DNA of 64,000 nucleotides, taken from contig CAWBOC010000005.1 in NCBI GenBank assembly GCA_963790305.1, forward strand, positions 384,001 through 448,000, written 5' to 3'. The notes under the pieces are model-generated. The model was given only the letters and a program-made list of their open reading frames with translations. It did no database searches and was not told the origin of the DNA. Origin of the DNA: an uncultured Gemmatimonadaceae bacterium (GTDB lineage Bacteria; Gemmatimonadota; Gemmatimonadetes; Gemmatimonadales; Gemmatimonadaceae). A program made the translations under genes and the position numbers. Below are positions 16,708-26,313 of this stretch, piece after piece (positions within the stretch are counted from its first letter, which is position 1; each line of letters begins with the position of its first letter).

Positions 16708-19704
16708 ATGCCGCATCCCCTACCGCCGCCCTCGCCCCGCCTCTTCCTCATCGATGGCTACGGGCTGATTTACCGCGCGTTCTTCGCGCTCATCGCGCGG
16801 CCGCTCACGACCAGCCGAGGGGAGAACACTTCGGCGGCGTATGGCATCGCCACCTTTCTGCAACGCCTCCAAGCGGCGCACGCTCCCGAATACCTCGGGT
16901 GGGTTCATGACTCCGGATTGTCGTTTCGCCATGAGCGCTATCCGGCGTACAAGGCGACGCGACAGAAGCTGAGTGAAGAGCTCCAATCCGATTTCGATCG
17001 TGGTATGGAGCGTATCGCCGAGATGCTCAGCGCCTTCCGGGTTCCGGTGCTGGCGGTGGAAGGGTACGAAGCCGATGACGTGATCGGCACGTTGGCGCGC
17101 CAGGGTGCAAAGGCAGGTGTCAACGTCGTCGTGGTCTCGAGCGACAAGGACTTTCAACAGCTCGTCCGCCCAGGCGTGTGGCTGCTCAATCCGGGGCGCG
17201 GTGGCTCGGCAGCGGTGGAGGAACAATGGGTGAGCGTGGAGAACGCCGGCGAGCGATTGGGAGTCGAGCCATCGCTAGTAACGGATTACCTCGCGCTTGT
17301 CGGAGACTCATCCGACAACGTTCCTGGGGTACCCGGCATTGGTGATAAGACAGCTCGAGACCTTGTGCAGCAGTACGGACCAATCGAGTCCATTCTCGCT
17401 CGTGCAGCCGAGCTTCAGAAGAAACGTCCTCGAGAGGCGCTTCTCGATCCCGAGAACGCGGCCAGGGCCCGGTTGTCCAAGGAATTAGTGACCATTCGCG
17501 ACGATCTCCCGATCGTCCTGGAGCTCGAGCGGTTGCGCGTTCAACCCCCTGATGTCGCGCGCCTTCGGCCGATCTTTGTCGAGCTCGAGTTTCACAACCT
17601 CGCGCGAGATCTGGCGCCAGAGGTCGTCGCCGCCCCGGAACGGCCGGCCGGGAAGTACGAAACCGTCGAAACGGTCGAGCGCATGCGCGAGGTGCTCGCA
17701 CTTGCCCGCCGGGCGCCTCATGTCGCGGTCGATACCGAGGTCATCGTCGATCTCGACAGCCCAATGGCCGCTGACCCATTGCGCTCCACGCTGCTTTCCC
17801 TCGCCATCGCGGTCGCTCCTGGCGAAGCCTTTTACTTCCCATTTCGACATCGCTCTCGATCGGCCACACAGGGAGAGCTGCTCATCGACATTCCCGGCGA
17901 TCGTGCGCCTACCGATGCGCGTGAAGACCGCGGGCTCGTAATGGGCGGCGACGATGCGATCGCGGTTGCGACGATGGACGACTCCTCCGCAACAAAGCCT
18001 GCGCGCCGGAAGAAGTCCGCCAGTGCCGCGTCACGAGCAGAGCTGGACTCCATCGCCGCGCGCGCGCTGGCACGAGGTCAACCAGTCGTTCGTAACCTGC
18101 CCGCGCTCGACACCGCCGAGATGGCTCCGCTGCGTGAATTCCTCGAGGATCCCGCAGTCACGAAGGTCGTGCAGAACGCCAAGTTCGATGTACTGGCATT
18201 CAGGCGCGCGGGCATCGATGTGCAGGGGTTCACCTTCGACACGATGCTCGCGAGCTACGTTCTGGATCCTGGCCGTCGCTCGCACGGGCTCGATGTTCTG
18301 GCGCTGGAGTTCCTCGAGCACCGCATGACATCGTTCCAGGAGCTGTGTGGGAAGGGCAAGACGGCAATTCCGTTCGAAGAGTGTCCGATCGACTGCGCGC
18401 GAGACTACGCGTGCGAGGACGCGGACATGGCGCTCCAGCTGTATGAGCGCTTTGCGCCGCAGCTCGAGTCCTATGGTCTCACGCGCCTGTTCCGCGAGAT
18501 CGAGATGCCGCTCGTCGAGGTTCTCGCGCGCATGGAGTCGGAGGGAATCTCGATCGATCTCGAATGGTTCCGCTCACTCAAGGAGCGATTCAAGGCCGAA
18601 CGTGAGGCGGTCGAGCGAGAGATCCATGAAATCGCAGGAATGGAATTCAACATCAACTCGAACCTGCAGCTCCGGGAGATTCTGTTCGACCGGCTCAAGC
18701 TGCCGGTCCTGAAGCGCACGTCGACCGGCCCCTCCACGGATGCGAGCGTGCTGCAAGAGCTCGCCGAGCAAGGGCACCAGTTGCCCGAGCGTCTGATGGA
18801 GTATCGCGAGTTGTCGAAGCTCGAGAGTACATATCTCGACACGCTTCCAGCGCTGGTGCACCCAGAGACCAAGCGACTGCATACGTCATTCAATCAAACC
18901 GTCGCGAGTACGGGACGACTCTCGTCGAGCGATCCCAATCTCCAGAATATTCCGATTCGACGAGAGCTGGGACGCGACATTCGCCGCGGGTTCATCCCGC
19001 GGAAGGGATGGAAGCTCCTCGCCGCCGACTACTCACAAATCGAGCTTCGGTTGCTTGCTCACCTATCCGATGATCCGGCGTTCGTCGATGCGTTTCGTGC
19101 GGGCGGAGACATTCACCGTCAAACCGCCGCGATCATTTTCGGGGTGCCAGTCGATTCCGTGTCGGCCGAAATGCGGGCCCGCGCGAAGACGATCAACTTC
19201 GCGACGATCTACGGGCAGGGTGCACACGCCCTGTCGCGACAACTTCGCATCGAGTTCGCCGAGGCACGCGCGTTCATCGCAGCGTACTTCGAGCGATTCC
19301 AGGGGATCCGGCGGTATCTCGACTCCATGGTCGAGTTCGCGCGCGAGCACGGGTACGTCCAAACCATCTTTGGGCGGCGCCGCTACATTCCGGAGCTGCG
19401 TGATCGCAATTTCAACGTGCGCGCTTTCGGCGAGCGAACGGCTGCCAACTCACCGATTCAAGGGTCGGCGGCCGATCTCATCAAGATCGCCATGATCCGT
19501 ATCGACAGCGCCTTGAGTGCGCCCGGCCTGCGGACGAAGATGATCCTTCAGGTTCACGACGAGCTCGTGTTCGAGGCGCCGCCGGAAGAAATCGAGGTCG
19601 TGACGGTCACCGTCCAGCGCGAGATGGAGCAGGCCGCGGTGCTTTCTGTCCCCTTGGTCGTCGATATAGGCGTTGGGGACAATTGGATGGAGACCAAGGA
19701 GTAG
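16708..19704 (+). CDS. polA: DNA polymerase I
   Basis: 5' nuclease (LIDG..LIYRAFFA, EADD, GDSSDNVPGV); 3'-5' exo motifs (DTE, NAKFD, YACED); polymerase (TGRLSSSDPNLQNIP, DYSQIELR, QVHDE). Confidence 0.99.
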   Translation: MPHPLPPPSPRLFLIDGYGLIYRAFFALIARPLTTSRGENTSAAYGIATFLQRLQAAHAPEYLGWVHDSGLSFRHERYPAYKATRQKLSEELQSDFDRGMERIAEMLSAFRVPVLAVEGYEADDVIGTLARQGAKAGVNVVVVSSDKDFQQLVRPGVWLLNPGRGGSAAVEEQWVSVENAGERLGVEPSLVTDYLALVGDSSDNVPGVPGIGDKTARDLVQQYGPIESILARAAELQKKRPREALLDPENAARARLSKELVTIRDDLPIVLELERLRVQPPDVARLRPIFVELEFHNLARDLAPEVVAAPERPAGKYETVETVERMREVLALARRAPHVAVDTEVIVDLDSPMAADPLRSTLLSLAIAVAPGEAFYFPFRHRSRSATQGELLIDIPGDRAPTDAREDRGLVMGGDDAIAVATMDDSSATKPARRKKSASAASRAELDSIAARALARGQPVVRNLPALDTAEMAPLREFLEDPAVTKVVQNAKFDVLAFRRAGIDVQGFTFDTMLASYVLDPGRRSHGLDVLALEFLEHRMTSFQELCGKGKTAIPFEECPIDCARDYACEDADMALQLYERFAPQLESYGLTRLFREIEMPLVEVLARMESEGISIDLEWFRSLKERFKAEREAVEREIHEIAGMEFNINSNLQLREILFDRLKLPVLKRTSTGPSTDASVLQELAEQGHQLPERLMEYRELSKLESTYLDTLPALVHPETKRLHTSFNQTVASTGRLSSSDPNLQNIPIRRELGRDIRRGFIPRKGWKLLAADYSQIELRLLAHLSDDPAFVDAFRAGGDIHRQTAAIIFGVPVDSVSAEMRARAKTINFATIYGQGAHALSRQLRIEFAEARAFIAAYFERFQGIRRYLDSMVEFAREHGYVQTIFGRRRYIPELRDRNFNVRAFGERTAANSPIQGSAADLIKIAMIRIDSALSAPGLRTKMILQVHDELVFEAPPEEIEVVTVTVQREMEQAAVLSVPLVVDIGVGDNWMETKE

Positions 19705-19858
19705 TTTTCGGGGTCCGCCAGGCGTCTCGTTTTCAGGCGCTCCCGGTCTCGCATTCTGCGGCGAACATCGCATTTCGGCGGGTCAACCGCCCTCAAGCCC
19801 CATGTCTTGGTGCAGTGTAATTATAAATATGGCAATCACTTAGCTCCCAACCCCCAAA

Positions 19859-19874
19859 CGGCACTGGCATTGCC
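19859..19874 (+). promoter_or_regulatory. sigma54 (-24/-12) promoter of pilin
   Basis: CGGCACTGGCATTGCC (GG-N10-GC); AT tract and IHF-like TGGCAATCACTTA at 19818-19842. Confidence 0.7.
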
Positions 19875-19924
19875 TTCTCCTAAGGGCAGTTGTGCCCCTA
19901 AATCTGCCGAAGGCATGGTCTACC

Positions 19925-20311
19925 ATGATTCACCATAAACGTAATTCAGGCTTTACACTGATCGAGCTGTTGATCGTAGTGGTGATCATCGGGATTCTCG
20001 CAGCCATTGCGATCCCGAAGTTCGCCAACACGAAGGGAAAGGCGTATGCGGCTGCGATGAAGAGTGACTTACGCAACCTCGCCGTGTCCCAGGAGTCGTA
20101 CCTCTACGATCACGCAGTGTATGCGGGCTCGCTTGGCGCGCTGAACGTCAACCCATCAAACGGTGTGACGATCACCATCGGCGTCGCGACGGGTCAAGGC
20201 TGGAACGCGCAGGCCGAACACTTCATGGCAAGCCCCATTCGCTGCTACATCTTCGTCGGCAACGCAGTGCTCCCGCCGGCGACGAGTGATGGCGCGGTCG
20301 TCTGCCAGTAA
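19925..20311 (+). CDS. type IV pilin
   Basis: Prepilin cleavage G/FTLIELLIVVVIIGILAAIAIP; C-terminal Cys pair. Confidence 0.95.
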   Translation: MIHHKRNSGFTLIELLIVVVIIGILAAIAIPKFANTKGKAYAAAMKSDLRNLAVSQESYLYDHAVYAGSLGALNVNPSNGVTITIGVATGQGWNAQAEHFMASPIRCYIFVGNAVLPPATSDGAVVCQ

Positions 20312-20332
20312 GGACAGCGCATACGGCGTGGA

Positions 20333-20629
20333 GTGGATAAGCGACCACCGACCGTACGCTATGTTGAGTTCACGACGCGTCGTGATGGAATGATCCACGC
20401 GATGGATGGTGGGCTGTGGCTCCACCGTCACGTGTGGAAGGGGCACAGGATGGCGCATCTCGTATCGACGAACCGAGAGCGCCTGGTCGAATACGGACGG
20501 GCGGCGGGTTTGCCGGAGGCCCGGTTGCAATTCAAGCCGCTCAAGGATCCGCGAACGGGGATCCGGCGTGATGCCTGGCACTGGGATCTCGTGGGGGAAT
20601 GGCTTCCACCGAAAGAAGGCGACGGCTAG
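20333..20629 (+). CDS. small hypothetical protein, DUF4031-like
   Basis: MAHLVS...L..YG...GL....Q...HWDL pattern resembles DUF4031. Confidence 0.6.
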   Translation: MDKRPPTVRYVEFTTRRDGMIHAMDGGLWLHRHVWKGHRMAHLVSTNRERLVEYGRAAGLPEARLQFKPLKDPRTGIRRDAWHWDLVGEWLPPKEGDG

Positions 20630-20664
20630 CGGGCGAGGAAGATTTCTCTTCCTCGCCCGTTTTC

Positions 20665-22062
20665 TCATCCCTTGTTGTCAGCCACCAGCCGGCGTTCCGC
20701 CTCACGAGCGGCCTGCTCCCCAACCCGAACGTTGACGAATGCGAGCAGGAAACCGCCGAGTGCGAAGAAAGCGATCACGGACAGGATCGCCTGGCGACTC
20801 GAGCCCGTCGTCCCAATGACGGACGCGAACAGCAGCGGTCCAAAAATACCGGCAAACTTGTTGAAGACGCTGAAGAACCCAAAAAACTCGCCTGATTTGT
20901 GGCGTGGAATCATGTTGGCGAACAGTGAGCGCGACAGCGCCTGCGTTCCGCCCTGAACCATGCCGACGAGTGCCGCCAGAATGTAAAAGTGGGTCGCCGT
21001 GCTCATGTGATACCCGAGGATACTGATGCCGGTATAGATCAAAAGCCCGGCGAAGATGGCGCGCTTCGCGCCAATGCGTCCGGCGATCATGCCGAACAGA
21101 AAGGAGAAGGGAATCCCGAGAAACTGAACGATGAGGATCGCGGTGATCACGGCGTTCTGCGGGATGTTCAGCTCGGTCGCATAGGCGGCGGCCATCTTCT
21201 GGATCGTGCTGATGCCGTCGTTGTAGAACAGGAAGGCGATCAGCATGAGGAACGCGTGGCGATATCCACGGAGCTCATGAAAGGTCTCGCCAAGCCGAAC
21301 GAACGCGTGCCGCACGACGCTTCCCTTTGGCGTCTCATCCTGCTCGAGAAGCCGGGGAGGCTCGCGGACACCTCGGAAGAGCGGGATCGAAAAGATGAGC
21401 CACCAGATTGCGACCGAGAGAAACGCCAGCCGAACTGGAAGCGTGGCTTCATCGGGCGTGAGTCCATCGCCGGCGGGTAGTCCAAACCACTCTGGCTTTT
21501 GAATCCAGGCCAGGTTCAGCGCCAGCAGAACCCCACCCCCGGTATAGCCGATCGCATACCCCGCAGTGGATACACGATCCATCTCGGTCTCGCTCGCGAT
21601 GTGCGGAAGCAATGATTCGTAGAACACGTACGTTGCGGCAACGGAGCTCATCGATAGCACGTACAAGATCTCCGCGAGCCTCAGATCTCCGGATCCGATG
21701 AAGAACATTGCTGCCGTCGAGATGACGCCGGTGACGAGAAAGACCGCCAGCAGCCGCTTTTTGCGTCCGGAGTAGTCCGCGATGGCCCCGAGGACAGGGG
21801 AGAGGAGCGCAACAATGGCGACGCTGATCGCGTTCGCGGTGGCGAGGTGCTGGTTCGCGACTTCCGACGGTACGTTCGCTCCGGCCACGCGGATGAAATA
21901 GATCGGGAAAACCGCAACCATGATCGTGGTTTGTACCGACGAGGCGGCCCAGTCGTACATCGCCCATGAGCGCAACTCGCGGCGATGCAAGCCGAGTCGA
22001 TTCAGCACGCCAGGTCTACCGGAGGCTTGCTCTTCCGCGACTGTCCTGCCCGTCGTCTCCAT
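20665..22062 (-). CDS. MFS transporter, UMF1/Atg22-like
   Basis: SWAMYDWA, SPVLGAIAD, QALSRSLF, EFFGFF; about 12 TMs. Confidence 0.92.
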   Translation of the reverse strand: METTGRTVAEEQASGRPGVLNRLGLHRRELRSWAMYDWAASSVQTTIMVAVFPIYFIRVAGANVPSEVANQHLATANAISVAIVALLSPVLGAIADYSGRKKRLLAVFLVTGVISTAAMFFIGSGDLRLAEILYVLSMSSVAATYVFYESLLPHIASETEMDRVSTAGYAIGYTGGGVLLALNLAWIQKPEWFGLPAGDGLTPDEATLPVRLAFLSVAIWWLIFSIPLFRGVREPPRLLEQDETPKGSVVRHAFVRLGETFHELRGYRHAFLMLIAFLFYNDGISTIQKMAAAYATELNIPQNAVITAILIVQFLGIPFSFLFGMIAGRIGAKRAIFAGLLIYTGISILGYHMSTATHFYILAALVGMVQGGTQALSRSLFANMIPRHKSGEFFGFFSVFNKFAGIFGPLLFASVIGTTGSSRQAILSVIAFFALGGFLLAFVNVRVGEQAAREAERRLVADNKG

Positions 22063-22128
22063 GACTCTCCTTGTACGGGTTATCGCACAGCCGTTGACGC
22101 GCCGTCCGCGCGACTCGATTTTTGCGCC

Positions 22129-23055
22129 ATGCTGACCTCCTGGCGGTTCGCGCGGCGTTCTGTGCTTGCCTCGTTCACGCTGGTCACTCTCGCCGCATGC
22201 GACCGAGCGAGAGACGCCGGACAGCGAACCGACACAACACTGCCACCGTCCGTAGGCGCTGTCGAGTCGCTTCCGGCGCGGGAGCCCGTGCGACGGTGGG
22301 AGAGCAGCGCAGGTACCGTACTCCTCGTACGGGATGACTCGCTTACGCGCGCGATCTATCCGACGGTGAGCGAACTGGACTCGACAGCGGTGCTGGACGA
22401 GGATGCGGTGCGCGGGTTCATCGCCGAGGCCGTCGGCGCCGATGGAGCAGCGGGCTCGCTGCGCATTCGAGGGTTTGCGTCCATCGATGAAGAGTGTGCC
22501 GTGTGGCCAGCGGTTGCCTTGGCCGTGGATTCATCTCGAAGCTGGACGGTGGCATTTCAGCGCGGTGTCGCCTCGCCGATCATACTTCGACCGATTGAAT
22601 CGCTCGCGTCCGGAGATTCGGCACGACTTGCCGTCCAGCTCACCCGGCTGGCGGCGGTGTTACCTAACGATACCTCTCGCGCATTTCGCGGACTGCCCTT
22701 CGTGATCCGCGCGGCGCACCTGTTCACGCCGCCGGCAGGAAGAGCGACCGTCATCGCCGAGATTGTTCGGCGGGTCAACGTTGAAGCGAACCCGCGCGAG
22801 GAAACACTCCTGCTCATCGCAGAGCGCGAGACACCGACAGCGGAGTGGCGGGTAGGGTATTCGGAGCGCGCATCGGGAGACGAAGTGAACGTCGAGCGAG
22901 CCACTCCGCTCGCGGCGGTAAGTCTACGCCCTCAGGGGCTGCCGACCGTCGTGATCGAGCGCACAGGTGCGGACTGGGTCACCTACGCCTTCATCCAGCG
23001 ATCCGGCGACGGTGTCTGGCAAGAAAGCTGGGAGAGTGCTCACTCAGGCTGCTGA
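22129..23055 (+). CDS. hypothetical lipoprotein
   Basis: Lipobox LAA-C after a basic N-terminus. Confidence 0.7.
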   Translation: MLTSWRFARRSVLASFTLVTLAACDRARDAGQRTDTTLPPSVGAVESLPAREPVRRWESSAGTVLLVRDDSLTRAIYPTVSELDSTAVLDEDAVRGFIAEAVGADGAAGSLRIRGFASIDEECAVWPAVALAVDSSRSWTVAFQRGVASPIILRPIESLASGDSARLAVQLTRLAAVLPNDTSRAFRGLPFVIRAAHLFTPPAGRATVIAEIVRRVNVEANPREETLLLIAERETPTAEWRVGYSERASGDEVNVERATPLAAVSLRPQGLPTVVIERTGADWVTYAFIQRSGDGVWQESWESAHSGC

Positions 23056-23540
23056 GAAGTCGCCGGCGCACTCGCCTGTTCAGCTCGGGCTGGGACGCGA
23101 GGCCCCATGACATCGGTCATGACCCCGCTCAGGAAATCTCGAAAATGATGCGCGGCGAGGAGATGAAGTGACCCATACCCGATCATCCACAGAGCGAGCA
23201 CGGCACTGAGCAGAGCGACTCGCGGCCAGCCCCATCCGAGAACCGCGATGATGAGGGTAATCAGTGCAGTCGTTGCTTGCAGCGCGCCGAAATAGAGCCG
23301 GTAGCTCACACGCCATGGCCCACCGCCCCATGCGCTGAGTGTCGCCGTCCCGCGTGTGATCAAGCCGAGCCAGCCAATGCGCGCGAGCTTCCACGGTGGC
23401 GGCATTCGAAAGGTCAGCTCCCCTCCCGGCGCGCGGTCCGTCGTGGCGCCGCGCTCCCGGAGGGCGCGGTCCAGCCGCACGAGAATCGCCTGGGTCTGGC
23501 GCACCGTGGGATTGGCGCGCAACACCAGCGAGCGCTTCAC
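23040..23540 (-). CDS. hypothetical membrane protein
   Basis: Two C-terminal TM segments; GTG start just after the permease stop. Confidence 0.6.
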   Translation of the reverse strand: MKRSLVLRANPTVRQTQAILVRLDRALRERGATTDRAPGGELTFRMPPPWKLARIGWLGLITRGTATLSAWGGGPWRVSYRLYFGALQATTALITLIIAVLGWGWPRVALLSAVLALWMIGYGSLHLLAAHHFRDFLSGVMTDVMGPRVPARAEQASAPATSQQPE

Positions 23541-23556
23541 GAGAGCCTTGCGCGTG

Positions 23557-24459
23557 TCACGCTTGCCCGAGAGCTCCCGGCGCCGCGGCATGTCCTCGGC
23601 GCACACCCAGCAAGACGAGGGTGAGCGCGTAGGGCAGCAGCAGGAAAATCTGATACGGAACGTGCCATCCCGTCGCCTGGAAGAAGAACTGGAGCGCACT
23701 CGCCGCGCCGAACAAGAGTGCCGCAAGCCCCACGCCCACAGGATGCCAGCGGCCGAGGACCACAATGGCTATGGCAATGAAGCCGCGTCCAGCCGACATG
23801 CCTTCAGCGAAGGTTCCGGACTGTGCGAGCACGAGGGATGCTCCGCTGGCGCCACCGAGTAACCCGCCAAAGAGAACAGCGCCCACCCGCAATCGGCGCT
23901 CGCGCACTCCGGCCGTGCGAGCCGCCTCCGGAGCCTCGCCGACGGCACGAAGGGCCAGACCGGTGTGAGTTCGATACAGCCACCACCACAGCGCCGGAAC
24001 GAGAAGATACGCCGCGTAGGTAAACACCGGCTGCGCAAAGAGTGCGCGACCGATGAGCGGAAGGTCGGATAAGAGGGGAATAGGCAACGGTGCCACGGTG
24101 GGAATGCTCAACGCCGCGCCGGCGGTACCGTACGCGGTGCGATACACCGTGCCCGTGACGCCGGTAGCGAGGAGTGTGATTGCCGTGCCGACAATGATCT
24201 GATCGGCACGTGCCCCGAGAGCGAAGGCAGCAAACACGGCCGCAGTGGCCACGCCCGCCACGAGCCCCGCGGCGATGCCGCCCATGGCTCCCGTGCTCGC
24301 GCCCACCAGGGCTCCGAACGCTCCGGCGAGAATGATTCCCTCCAGTCCGATGTTGATCACGCCCGCGCGCTCGACCACGGTTTCACCGAGTGCGGCAAGG
24401 GCGAGCGGCGTCGCCGTGCGCACCAATGCCTCCAGCAGCGCGTCAATGCCGGCGGTCAC
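23557..24459 (-). CDS. nucleoside/simple-sugar ABC transporter permease
   Basis: ATPLALAALGE...ERAGVINIGLEG, GLALRAVGE, GRGFIAIA. Confidence 0.93.
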   Translation of the reverse strand: MTAGIDALLEALVRTATPLALAALGETVVERAGVINIGLEGIILAGAFGALVGASTGAMGGIAAGLVAGVATAAVFAAFALGARADQIIVGTAITLLATGVTGTVYRTAYGTAGAALSIPTVAPLPIPLLSDLPLIGRALFAQPVFTYAAYLLVPALWWWLYRTHTGLALRAVGEAPEAARTAGVRERRLRVGAVLFGGLLGGASGASLVLAQSGTFAEGMSAGRGFIAIAIVVLGRWHPVGVGLAALLFGAASALQFFFQATGWHVPYQIFLLLPYALTLVLLGVRRGHAAAPGALGQA

Positions 24460-25574
24460 GCGATACCCGGAGTGGGAGGATGACCGACATCCGGCGCGTC
24501 ATGGGCCGCATCGGGGAACGCCTCGCCGTGTTCGTTAGGTGTGGCTCCCGATGTGGCCCACCGGTCGGCGAGAAGCACCGTCAACACCAGCACGGCCTCG
24601 ATCGCCGTGACGACGACCGAGGGAATCCCTGCCTCCCGCTGCATGGCGAGGGCGCCAGACTCGAGGGCACCAAAGAGGATCGCCGAGAATATGATCGCCA
24701 GCGGGTCGAGGCGACCGAGCAGCGCGACGACGATAGCGGTGTAGCCGTATCCAGGGGACAGGTTTTCATAGAGCGCGAAGGTCACCCCAGACACCTCGAC
24801 AGCCCCGGCAAGCCCGGCGAGGCCCCCACCGACGAGAAATGCCATGCCCGCGACGTGCGCCGCATCGATTCGGCCCGCCACCTTCGCTGCATCGGGGTTG
24901 GCTCCCACGGCGCGCAGGCGAAATCCGGCCGCCGTCGATCGCAGCCACCACCACAACAGCGGTGCGGCCAGAAGAGCGATGGCGAATCCGGCGTGCAGTC
25001 GCGTCCCTGGAACGATGCGTGGCAGGCGCGCCCCCTCCGCGATGGGCGCACTTTGCGGGTAGATGCCTAACGGCTCCTGCAGCGGACCATGGACCAGCAC
25101 GCCAACCAGATGCAGCGCCACGAAGTTGAGCATGATGGTCGAGATGACCTCGAGCACGCCACGGCGCCGCCGGAGCACTTCGGCGATGGACGCCCAGAAG
25201 GTTCCCGCGAGCGCGCCCGCGACAAGGATCGCGGGGACGAGGAGGAGCCGCGGCGCGTCGCTCAGGAGGACGCTCAGACCGGTCGCGGCAACCGCCCCCG
25301 CCAGGAGCTGGCCCTCGGCGCCTATGTTCCAGATTCCGGCACGGAAGGCGAGGGCGACGCCCAGTCCCGCGAGCAGCAGCGGTGTGGCGCGGACCAGCGT
25401 CGCGGACGCGAGCGCATTCGCGCTGCCGAAGGAGCCGCGCCAGAGTGCGGCGAGCGCTCGTCCCGCGTCATAGCCGGCGAGGTGAAGCACGCCGGCGAGC
25501 AGGGCGAGAGAAAGCGCGAGAACCGCGAGGGCGAGCGCGACGCCGGACCACCGGGCGCGATAGAATCGCAGCAC
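24456..25574 (-). CDS. nucleoside/simple-sugar ABC transporter permease
   Basis: FRAGIWNIGAEGQ, EVISTIMLN, GYGYTAIVVALLG. Confidence 0.93.
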   Translation of the reverse strand: MLRFYRARWSGVALALAVLALSLALLAGVLHLAGYDAGRALAALWRGSFGSANALASATLVRATPLLLAGLGVALAFRAGIWNIGAEGQLLAGAVAATGLSVLLSDAPRLLLVPAILVAGALAGTFWASIAEVLRRRRGVLEVISTIMLNFVALHLVGVLVHGPLQEPLGIYPQSAPIAEGARLPRIVPGTRLHAGFAIALLAAPLLWWWLRSTAAGFRLRAVGANPDAAKVAGRIDAAHVAGMAFLVGGGLAGLAGAVEVSGVTFALYENLSPGYGYTAIVVALLGRLDPLAIIFSAILFGALESGALAMQREAGIPSVVVTAIEAVLVLTVLLADRWATSGATPNEHGEAFPDAAHDAPDVGHPPTPGIA

Positions 25575-25683
25575 GCCGCAAGTCTATGCGACGATCTACG
25601 AGACCGCACCCCCGTTGATGCGCGCGCGGGCAGGGCCTGTACATGAGCCCCACCCGCGAGCTGTGCCCGATTGGATCCAGGCG

Positions 25684-26124
25684 TTAGTTCTGATGCCCGT
25701 TGATCGAGATTGCAATCTTGCGAGCGCGTGCAGCGGGGGCCTTCGGGATGACGATTGTCACCACACCCCGATCGAACGAGGCTTGAATGCGATCGCCGTC
25801 GACAGTCTCTGGGAGGCGCACGACGCGCTCGAACTCACCAAGCGTGCGCTCCGCTACGTAGATCCTGTCCTGATCGCCATACTCGGCGCCGGCGCGCGTC
25901 CCGCGAATCGTCAACGCACCGTGATCAAAGGTGAGGTCGATCGCGTCGTGAGAGACGCCGGGCACATCGAGCGTTACGACGAATGCGTCAGCGCGCTCGA
26001 CGACATCCATTGCTGGCAGCCATGCGCCCGAGCTCCCGAAGTTGCGTGTGAACACCCGGTCGAGCTCCCGGTTCAAGGACAGTACGCGGTCGAGTGTCGG
26101 AACGAGAGTGCGAACGGTCATCAT
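25684..26124 (-). CDS. Hsp20/alpha-crystallin small heat-shock protein
   Basis: W.PAMDV.E, DVPGV, ER..GEFER...LP..VD...I.A.F..GV..I.IPK; AGGAG RBS. Confidence 0.95.
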   Translation of the reverse strand: MMTVRTLVPTLDRVLSLNRELDRVFTRNFGSSGAWLPAMDVVERADAFVVTLDVPGVSHDAIDLTFDHGALTIRGTRAGAEYGDQDRIYVAERTLGEFERVVRLPETVDGDRIQASFDRGVVTIVIPKAPAARARKIAISINGHQN

Positions 26125-26218
26125 ACGTAGCTCCTGTAGCAGTGCTCCGCCGTTCTTGCGGAGGTCGTCATCGATACGCACGGCGAGCCCATTCCCGCCG
26201 TGACCGCGCACGGGGGGA

Positions 26219-26234
26219 AGCAGCCGACATGCCG
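26219..26234 (-). promoter_or_regulatory. putative sigma54 promoter of hsp20
   Basis: CGGCATGTCGGCTGCT (GG-N10-GC) about 95 nt upstream of ATG. Confidence 0.5.
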
Positions 26235-26313
26235 GCCCATCCGGCCGATGTGGCAAGGCGTTGTGCAGGGATGGTGACCGTTCCGGCAGCTAGAACTGCC
26301 AGGATGACGAACG

